From an uncultured Spirochaetota bacterium (lineage in GTDB: Bacteria > Spirochaetota > Spirochaetia > SZUA-6 > Fen-1364), in the NCBI GenBank assembly GCA_963745235.1, contig CAVUXE010000042.1:1-13431 (forward strand): a DNA stretch of 13,431 nucleotides, read 5' to 3'. Under the pieces are notes generated by a model. The model was given only the letters and a program-made list of their open reading frames with translations, was not told the origin of the DNA and made no database searches. Each line of letters opens with the position of its first letter. Within the stretch, counting starts at the first letter, position 1. The position numbers were made by a program, and so were the translations under genes. Below, one piece after another: positions 1 to 6,217 of this stretch.

Positions 1-15
1 GTCGAAAAAACCAAT
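1..15. repeat. Terminal inverted repeat of IS (downstream of transposase, partial)
   Basis: 15/15 match to the reverse complement of 1701-1715. Confidence 0.85.
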
Positions 16-170
16 GCGCACGCGGGCCAGGGGGAGCATCGTGATCGCAGGTGTGTACCGAATAGTAGATGACGTGTGGCAATCTGTCCGTGATTCCCAC
101 AGCGATGCGCTTTATTCCAGGCTTTCGTACGCCCTCCGTGTCACCCTCCGCTACCATTGTCGAATCGAAA

Positions 171-1613
171 TTAGCCAGTCGATGGCGCCATTTTCATGAA
201 ATTGTGCAGCATGAACAACAGCGCGGCCTCCATGCGCACCTTTCCTAACCCTCTGCGCATCACTGCGCGGAACTTCAGGTTCCATTTAAGGTTGCCAAAT
301 GGCGACTCTGCAGTGTGCGCGCGCTTGTTGTACCTTTGCTGTGACCTCTTCTTAACAAGCTTCGTCCGCATCCGCTCGCGCACTTCTTCATTCTGATCGC
401 GATACACCCGTCGGTACGTCCCCTTCGTGCACCTGCTCCGGAAGGCACACTTGGCGCAGGCGCCGGGATTCTCGTAGTGGTTATAAATCCGGCCATTAAT
501 TTCAAGCGAACCTTTGTTCCTCAATATCCATCCGCTCGGACACCGATAGCTGTCGCTCTTCGCTCGAAAGGCGAACTTCGAGCGATCATAGTCTCCTTTC
601 GCTGTGGTCCCGTTTTCCTCTACTTCCATACGCGGGTCGGGGATCAGCGCTTCCTGCTCATCCAATTCCAGCTTCTCATAGTTCTCCATGCTGGAAAATC
701 CGGCGTCCGCTTCGACCTCACGGTGCTTCTCTCCTGTGTTCTGACGGCTGCCCTCGATGGCCTTGGGCAACGCCGCCGCATCATTATCCTCAGCATTCAC
801 TTGGAAATGTGTCACAATATCGTGGCCCACATCCGTGGTTGTGGTGATCGAAAACGCTGGATTCCGCTCCCCATTCGCCTGTTGCATGATATGCGCGTCC
901 GGGTCGGTGATGTTGACCTTCTCCTTTTCAACAAGCTCTTGCTTTTTCTTCTCGCTTGCCTCACGGTTTTTCTCTGCCAATCGTTCCAGGAGAACCTTCC
1001 TGGCTTCCCGCACCCTTTGCGCACGCCGTTTCAACGCCAGAACTTCCTCTTCCTCAGCGCTCTTCGCGTCCGAGGCAGTCTCTAGCACTTCCTTCAGGCG
1101 TTGTGCAATCTTGTTCTCTTCCTTCTTGATCCCCTCAAGGGTCTTGCTCTGCTTGTAGTTGGCATTCGCCCGTAGCTTCACGCTGTCGATGGCCAGAAGG
1201 TCGAACTCGATCAGATTTTGCTCCGCACAGCTCGCAACCACTTGGCTGAACAACTCCACGATTTCTCCGGCAAACCGCGCCAGAAAAAGTCCCATCGTCG
1301 AATGATCGATGGTCATATCGCCGGTCAACCATTTGTAGGCCAGGTTGTTGATCGTGTCTTCTTCCATCTTGCGCAGCGAGAACCGGCAGCTGTGAAGCGC
1401 CAATAGGGCGACTTTCAGAAGAGTCTTTGGATGGAAAGGGGGGCGTCCATTGTCGGAGTCCACTTCATAGGATTCCTCAATTGCGTGGGTGTCCAAAGAA
1501 TCCACCAGCTCGTTAATGATATGCACCGCGCTCCCTTCGGGAGCGACCGTCGAAAGGTCAACCTGTGTCAGTAGCAGCATCTGGGATCGATTCGGAATGA
1601 GAAATGCCGACAT
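171..1613 (-). CDS. IS1182-family DDE transposase (~480 aa)
   Basis: N-terminal GRPPFHPKTLLK...SLRKME...DHST block (DUF772-like). Putative catalytic IDSVK, ADAGF and AESPFG motifs, a Cys-rich insertion (YRCPSG...CAKCAFRSRC) and a C-terminal RGLGKV...HN. ATG at 1613 chosen over GTG 1634 because GGGAGGGA lies just upstream. Confidence 0.92.
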   Translation of the reverse strand: MSAFLIPNRSQMLLLTQVDLSTVAPEGSAVHIINELVDSLDTHAIEESYEVDSDNGRPPFHPKTLLKVALLALHSCRFSLRKMEEDTINNLAYKWLTGDMTIDHSTMGLFLARFAGEIVELFSQVVASCAEQNLIEFDLLAIDSVKLRANANYKQSKTLEGIKKEENKIAQRLKEVLETASDAKSAEEEEVLALKRRAQRVREARKVLLERLAEKNREASEKKKQELVEKEKVNITDPDAHIMQQANGERNPAFSITTTTDVGHDIVTHFQVNAEDNDAAALPKAIEGSRQNTGEKHREVEADAGFSSMENYEKLELDEQEALIPDPRMEVEENGTTAKGDYDRSKFAFRAKSDSYRCPSGWILRNKGSLEINGRIYNHYENPGACAKCAFRSRCTKGTYRRVYRDQNEEVRERMRTKLVKKRSQQRYNKRAHTAESPFGNLKWNLKFRAVMRRGLGKVRMEAALLFMLHNFMKMAPSTG

Positions 1614-1655
1614 GAAGTCCCTCCCGTGCTTCACGAATGGCGAATTCGACTCCTT

Positions 1656-1684
1656 ATTCTATATCCTGCCGTCGCGCCGAACAA
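1656..1684 (-). promoter_or_regulatory. Putative sigma-70 promoter of the transposase
   Basis: Minus strand TTGTTC-17 nt-TAGAAT, between the inverted repeat and the start codon. Confidence 0.35.
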
Positions 1685-1700
1685 TGATTTTCTTGCGAAA

Positions 1701-1719
1701 ATTGGTTTTTTCGACAGCC
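1701..1719. repeat. Terminal inverted repeat of IS (upstream of transposase)
   Basis: Reads GGCTGTCGAAAAAACCAAT on the minus strand; the inner 15 nt match positions 1-15. Confidence 0.85.
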
Positions 1720-1807
1720 TGATTGATCTTTAGCCTGATTCACGTCATCGATCGAGCCTTATAATAGGTGAAACATTCGTAGCTTTAGGCAATTATCTTT
1801 CCTCTTG

Positions 1808-2335
1808 ATGCCTTATGTTTCTTTGATCGCCTACTTTTCGCGTGAGGGAGACAATTATGTCAGCGGCAGCATTGTGAATCTGCCGGTCGGAAATACCGAA
1901 GTTGCAGCAAATATGATTCGCAAACTGACAGGTTCTGACATGTTCCGGATCCAGGCGGTGAAAGACTATCCTTCGGACTACAACGAGACCACGGATAGAG
2001 CGAAGCAGGAACTACGCCAGAATGCAAGACCGAAGCTCTCTTGCCACGTGGACAAGGTCGATGAGTACAGCGTGATCTTCCTCGGCTATCCCAACTGGTG
2101 GGGAACGATGCCAATGGCGGTACTCACCTTCCTGGAAGAGTACCGTTTTTCCGGCAAGACCATCATTCCGTTCTGCACGAATGAAGGAAGCGGATTGGGC
2201 CGCAGCGAAAGCGATATCAAGCAGACTTGCCCCGATGCCAAAGTGCTGAAGGGGCTTTCTATCAGAGGCGGGAGCGTCCAGAAAGCAGAAAATGATATCT
2301 CCGCCTGGCTTCGGAAATCGGGAATGATCGACTAA
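1808..2335 (+). CDS. Flavodoxin (Flavodoxin_4-like)
   Basis: IAYFSR...GNT FMN-phosphate loop, IFLGYPNWWGTMP and GKTIIPFCTNEGSGLG motifs. Start uncertain (TTG 1805 or ATG 1808; no clear SD). Confidence 0.9.
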   Translation: MPYVSLIAYFSREGDNYVSGSIVNLPVGNTEVAANMIRKLTGSDMFRIQAVKDYPSDYNETTDRAKQELRQNARPKLSCHVDKVDEYSVIFLGYPNWWGTMPMAVLTFLEEYRFSGKTIIPFCTNEGSGLGRSESDIKQTCPDAKVLKGLSIRGGSVQKAENDISAWLRKSGMID

Positions 2336-2351
2336 GAAGAAGGATGAAGAC

Positions 2352-3104
2352 ATGAGAAACTCCGAGACCGCGAACAAGAATCACGAGAAACTCTTCCCCA
2401 ACTACAAATCGACGCTGAAGGTGACCGATCCGGAGCTCATCGAAGTGTTTGACAACTTCGCTTTCGATGAAGTGCTTTCCCATGGGAACCTCGACGAGAG
2501 GTCTCGGTTGATGGTGATTCTGGCGACGCTTATCGCAAGCCAGACGCTCAGCGAATACAAGGTCATGCTCGGTGGAGCTCTGAACATCGGTGTCACACCT
2601 GTCGAGGTAAAGGAGATTGTGTATCAGGCGGTGCCGTATTGCGGAATCGCCAAGGTTTTCGACTTCATCCACGCCACGAATGAAGTATTGGAGAGCAGAG
2701 GCGTAAAGCTTCCGCTTGAGGGTCAGTCAACGACCTCGCCTGAAACGCGCCATGAGAAAGGACTGGCGCTGCAAAAGGCAATCTTCGGCGAGATGATCGA
2801 AAAGATGCACAGAGAGTCGCCGCAAGACCAGATACACATCCAGAAATACCTCACTGACAACTGCTTCGGCGACTATTACACCAGGAAAGGACTCGAGATG
2901 AGTACGCGCGAACTGCTGACTTTCTCGATGATCCTTTCGTTGGGCGGGTGCGAATCGCAGCTGAAGGGGCATATTCAGGGCAATGCCAATATCGGAAACG
3001 GCAAGGAAACCCTGCTGAACGTAGTCACGCAGCTGCTGCCATATGTTGGCTATCCTCGGGCACTGAATGCCATCCGGTGCATAAACGAGGTCATACCGGC
3101 CTGA
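2352..3104 (+). CDS. Carboxymuconolactone decarboxylase (CMD/AhpD-like) family protein, tandem-domain
   Basis: Two CMD-like repeats (LDERSRLMVILATL...EIVYQAVPYCG; RELLTFSMILSLGGCESQLKGH...PYVGYPR). AAGGA SD; starts 16 nt after the flavodoxin stop. Confidence 0.88.
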   Translation: MRNSETANKNHEKLFPNYKSTLKVTDPELIEVFDNFAFDEVLSHGNLDERSRLMVILATLIASQTLSEYKVMLGGALNIGVTPVEVKEIVYQAVPYCGIAKVFDFIHATNEVLESRGVKLPLEGQSTTSPETRHEKGLALQKAIFGEMIEKMHRESPQDQIHIQKYLTDNCFGDYYTRKGLEMSTRELLTFSMILSLGGCESQLKGHIQGNANIGNGKETLLNVVTQLLPYVGYPRALNAIRCINEVIPA

Positions 3105-3133
3105 CCAGCATCGCCATCCCCTCCAGTTTCGTT

Positions 3134-3177
3134 CTACACAATTGTAGCTGAAGAAAGCGATTCCTACATTCTTGTAT
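3134..3177. promoter_or_regulatory. Tandem palindromic sites, candidate enhancer (UAS) for a sigma-54 activator
   Basis: CTACA-caat-TGTAG (3134-3147) and CTACA-ttct-TGTAT (3164-3177), 30 bp apart and ~110-155 bp upstream of the -24 element. Confidence 0.55.
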
Positions 3178-3232
3178 TCTTCTTGGGACATCAGCTCATT
3201 TTTTGTTGAATCGGTCTTCGTCGGCTCCTTTT

Positions 3233-3281
3233 GTTAGCAGTATTCTAACGCGAAATGGACAAACCTTAGCACCTTTCTAAC
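3233..3281. promoter_or_regulatory. Second pair of tandem palindromic operator-like sites
   Basis: GTTAG-cagtatt-CTAAC (3233-3249) and CTTAG-caccttt-CTAAC (3265-3281); 13/17 identical, 32 bp apart. Confidence 0.5.
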
Positions 3282-3287
3282 AACCAT

Positions 3288-3303
3288 TGGTACGGGTTTT
3301 GCC
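3288..3303 (+). promoter_or_regulatory. Sigma-54 (RpoN) -24/-12 promoter
   Basis: TGGTACG-ggtt-TTGCC versus consensus TGGCACG-N4-TTGCW. GG (3289-3290) and GC (3301-3302) are exactly 10 nt apart, ~50 nt upstream of the permease start. Confidence 0.75.
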
Positions 3304-3354
3304 ATTCGACCTGCATGTGGAGTCCTCAACCTAATCGCAAAGGAGATGCAGGTC

Positions 3355-5253
3355 ATGGCTGATATTACATTGAGCTCTCCGTTGGTAAGACCCAAGCTGG
3401 GATTGGGAGGCGCTGCCGTGAACGCGATGGCGCTCATTGCGCCTGGGGCGTTCCTGTGGATCACGTACCAGCTGCAGGCCGCAGCCACCGCGCCCAGTGG
3501 CGCCTCGGTGGCGGCCGATATCTGGGCGGGGATCGCCGTCGCGCTGATTCTCGCTTTTCTCACCGCGATCTCGTACTCGCAGCTTGCAAAGCTGTATCCC
3601 GAAGCAGGCTTTGCCGGCGCCGTGTATTTCGCGGAGAAAGCCTTTCTCGAACGAACGGGCGCCAAGAGAAGCACGCCGAGCTCCATGGCTCGCATGGCCA
3701 AGCTCGCCACGGGCTGGTCCGCGCACCTCTTCTACTGGGTTTATCCCGGGGTCATGGTCGCATTCATGGCGACCCTGATCGGGTACATCTACAACCAGTT
3801 CACGGGAAAAAGCCTATCCGTTCTTGAACTGACTCTTATCGGGGTCATCTTCACCATCGTGACCGGATACATCGCTTATCGCGGGATCACCGGCTCTACG
3901 CTCACCTCCTGGGTCATCAATATCATCCAGTGGGGATCACTTGTGATCTTCAGCGCCCTCGCAATCTTCTATCGAATCCACAATCCCCAGGGCGTGACCA
4001 CGGGGTGGACCTTCAGCAATGCCTGGGACGTGATCAAGCCCCACACGATGAATGGAGTGCTGATCCAGTCCACCCTCGCCATCCTGATCCTCGTAGGATT
4101 CGAGAGTTGCACCTCGTTGGCCGCGGAGACAAAGAGCCCCAAGACCACGATCCCCCGGGCGATCATCATTGCGCTGATCGTCCAGGGACTGGTCGCATAC
4201 CTGTTCGAATACTTTGCCACAGGCACGATGATCAGCGACAAGCTCACCGGCGTCGTCGACGGCAAAACGGTCATGGGCATGGATGCGGCAGCGGCATCCG
4301 GAGCGCCGATCGGCGACCTCGCCATTCTGATCGGGAACTACGTGTTCCATGGGATCGGCTTCGGCCTGATGATCAGCCTGGCGATAACGGTGGCCATTGC
4401 GGTGATCGGCACCACGCTGAGCTGCATGAACACCGCAATGAGGATCTCCGGCGGCATGGCGGCGGACCAGGAGCTGCCCTCCATGATGGGCTTCATCCAC
4501 AAGAAGTTCGCCATCCCGCACGTGGCGCTCATCGCGCTGATCATGGTGAGCGCGGTCATTGGCGCAATCGGGGTGCGTTCGGTGGTCGGCCTGACGGGCA
4601 TCACCCTTGCGTCGAACCTTGGGACCTTCCTGCTCTATGGCCTCACCTGCGCATGGACCATCGTCGCGTACAGGAAGAGGAAGGACCACAACATCGTTCT
4701 CCACGACGTCGTTCCCGCGCTCGGCGTCCTTGCGAACCTCGTCATGCTGATCGCCATCGTCTACCTGTACGCCATCGGAAATGCTGATTCCAAGAACGAG
4801 GCGTACCTCATGTTCATCATTGCAGGCGGATGGTTGATCGTTTCCGTTGCCTATATCGGGATAACGAGCATGAGGAAATCCTACAGCATGAAGATGATCT
4901 CCGCGATGATACGACCGGAGTCTCTCCAGGTCCTGGTGGAAGTGCTGAAGGATGAGGACCTGATCCTTGGCATGACCGTGACAAAAATCAAGGGATTTGG
5001 CAGGCAGCTCGGGAAGACTCCTGGCCAGGGAAACGGTGGAGATCCGGACCTGAAGCTCAACAGTGACAAGATCTCCTTCATCCCGAAGGTCCGCGTCGAT
5101 CTGGTGGTCAACGATTGGGACGTCCCCAAGGTGATGGAGATCATGAGAGAAGCACTGTTCACGGGGCAGGCTGGCGACGGCAAGATTTTCGTCATGGACG
5201 CGAAGGATGCCATGAGGATCCGCACCGGGGAGAAAGGAGTGCTGGCGGTATGA
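3355..5253 (+). CDS. APC-superfamily (amino acid/amine) permease fused to a C-terminal PII domain (~632 aa)
   Basis: About 12 hydrophobic segments, TM1 MALIAPGA and TM6 LVGFESCTSLAAETKSPKTTIPRAI typical of APC. From 4888 a complete PII fold follows (MKMISAMIRP, GMTVTKIKGFGRQ, PKV, TGQAGDGKIFV, RIRTGE). ATG 3355 preferred because AGGAG (3341-3345) is 9 nt upstream, whereas ATG 3346 abuts it. Confidence 0.9.
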   Translation: MADITLSSPLVRPKLGLGGAAVNAMALIAPGAFLWITYQLQAAATAPSGASVAADIWAGIAVALILAFLTAISYSQLAKLYPEAGFAGAVYFAEKAFLERTGAKRSTPSSMARMAKLATGWSAHLFYWVYPGVMVAFMATLIGYIYNQFTGKSLSVLELTLIGVIFTIVTGYIAYRGITGSTLTSWVINIIQWGSLVIFSALAIFYRIHNPQGVTTGWTFSNAWDVIKPHTMNGVLIQSTLAILILVGFESCTSLAAETKSPKTTIPRAIIIALIVQGLVAYLFEYFATGTMISDKLTGVVDGKTVMGMDAAAASGAPIGDLAILIGNYVFHGIGFGLMISLAITVAIAVIGTTLSCMNTAMRISGGMAADQELPSMMGFIHKKFAIPHVALIALIMVSAVIGAIGVRSVVGLTGITLASNLGTFLLYGLTCAWTIVAYRKRKDHNIVLHDVVPALGVLANLVMLIAIVYLYAIGNADSKNEAYLMFIIAGGWLIVSVAYIGITSMRKSYSMKMISAMIRPESLQVLVEVLKDEDLILGMTVTKIKGFGRQLGKTPGQGNGGDPDLKLNSDKISFIPKVRVDLVVNDWDVPKVMEIMREALFTGQAGDGKIFVMDAKDAMRIRTGEKGVLAV

Positions 5254-5591
5254 AGAGGATTGAAGCAATAGTTCGACCCACCAAGGTGAACGAAGTCTAC
5301 GCGGCGCTGGAGCAGGTGGGCCACCCGGGCATGATGGTTTCGGAGATCGAAGGCCACGGAAAGACCAGGGGAATCGAGCAGACGGTGCGGGGAAAGACGT
5401 ACAAGGTGGACTTCATTACGAAGGCCCGCATCGAGCTGGTGGTCGAGGACGCTGAAGTGAACGACATCGTCTCCGCCATCCAGAAGGCCGCTTTCACAGG
5501 CCAGATCGGTGACGGGAAGATTTTCATCCATGCCATCGAGGATGCCGTGCGCGTGAGAACAGCGGAGAGGGGAGTCTCCGCCATCCGATAG
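5250..5591 (+). CDS. PII-family nitrogen regulatory protein (GlnB/GlnK-like, 113 aa)
   Basis: MKRIEAIVRP, GHGK, R47/Y51/K58 equivalents, TGQIGDGKIF, RVRT. ATGA overlap with the permease stop and AAGGAG SD at 5234-5239. The true start is 5250, not 5115. Confidence 0.93.
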   Translation: MKRIEAIVRPTKVNEVYAALEQVGHPGMMVSEIEGHGKTRGIEQTVRGKTYKVDFITKARIELVVEDAEVNDIVSAIQKAAFTGQIGDGKIFIHAIEDAVRVRTAERGVSAIR

Positions 5592-5604
5592 GGAGCTGGG
5601 CCGA

Positions 5605-5646
5605 GGCGCCCGCGGGAGGCCTTCCTTTCGAGGGCGCCATTTCTTG
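5605..5646 (+). terminator. Intercistronic hairpin, possible weak terminator or stability element
   Basis: GGCGCCC(G)CGGGAGG-cctt-CCTTTCG(A)GGGCGCC (5605-5638) followed by ATTTCTT. Confidence 0.45.
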
Positions 5647-5663
5647 AAGAAAGGGAACAATCG

Positions 5664-6044
5664 ATGAGCAAGAAGATCGAAGCGATCATTCGTGAGGACG
5701 CGCTGCAAGCGGTGAAGGAGGGCCTTCGAGACATCGGCATCGTTGGAATGAACATTTTCGATATCCGCGGTCATGGGAGACAGGGAGGGGTCGACCAGTC
5801 GTGGCGCGTTTCAAGCACCCGGATGGACCTGCTTCCCAAGGTCCAGGTCAATATCGTTCTGAGCGATCACAACGTGGAGAAAACGATCGAGACGATCACG
5901 AAGGCCGCGCGGACTGGCAAAGAGGGCGACGGCGTCATCTTCGTCTACCCCGTGGAGGAAGTGGTTCGCATCCGGACCGGAGAGCGGGGGCGCGAGGCTC
6001 TGACGTATCCGGGTGACATCGACGCACGACAGGTGAAGAAGTAG
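5664..6044 (+). CDS. PII-family protein with C-terminal extension (126 aa)
   Basis: KKIEAIIRE, GHGRQ, LLPKV, TGKEGDGVIFV, RIRTGE, plus a 13-aa tail TYPGDIDARQVKK; AAGGGA SD. Confidence 0.93.
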   Translation: MSKKIEAIIREDALQAVKEGLRDIGIVGMNIFDIRGHGRQGGVDQSWRVSSTRMDLLPKVQVNIVLSDHNVEKTIETITKAARTGKEGDGVIFVYPVEEVVRIRTGERGREALTYPGDIDARQVKK

Positions 6045-6050
6045 GGCTCG

Positions 6051-6079
6051 GGAGGGAAGGCCGGGAGAGCTTTCCCTCC
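6051..6079 (+). terminator. Hairpin at the end of the PII operon
   Basis: GGAGGGAAGGC-cgggaga-GCTTTCCCTCC, 11-bp stem just after the stop codon; no U-tract. Confidence 0.45.
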
Positions 6080-6173
6080 TACAGTCGCGCTCCCACCGAG
6101 CACACGATGCATGTTTCGCCAGCCAAGCATCGTGTTGATCCGGTTGCCCGGCCCTGTCGGACTCGTACTCTGG

Positions 6174-6201
6174 TTGACAGCTCAGAACGATTGTGCATAA
6201 T
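6174..6201 (+). promoter_or_regulatory. Putative sigma-70 promoter of the dehydrogenase/ABC operon
   Basis: TTGACA (6174-6179)-16 nt-CATAAT (6196-6201). Confidence 0.55.
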
Positions 6202-6217
6202 CGCCCGGAGAGCATTC

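Larger units (their letters stand above)
1..1719 (-). mobile_element. IS1182-family insertion sequence (left end clipped by window)
   Basis: Contains an IS1182-type DDE transposase. 1-15 GTCGAAAAAACCAAT is the exact reverse complement of 1701-1715 ATTGGTTTTTTCGAC. The right end continues AGCC to 1719; the exact outer boundary (1719/1720) is uncertain. Confidence 0.85.

Noticed and set aside
14-199. 61-aa ORF inside the IS end
   Set aside because: No SD or recognisable motif; not supportable as a passenger gene.
3189-3208. Possible IHF site between the enhancer and the sigma-54 promoter (CATCAGCTCATTT plus T-tract)
   Set aside because: The position fits, but two mismatches to WATCAR-N4-TTR make it too weak to call.
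5115-5249. N-terminal extension of the second PII in the ORF track
   Set aside because: Overlaps the fused PII domain in another frame; PII homology, the SD and the ATGA coupling all point to 5250.
3937-5268. 443-aa minus-strand ORF (also 3930-4787 + and 4881-5774 -)
   Set aside because: Fully overlap the well-supported permease/PII genes; composition typical of off-frame translations.
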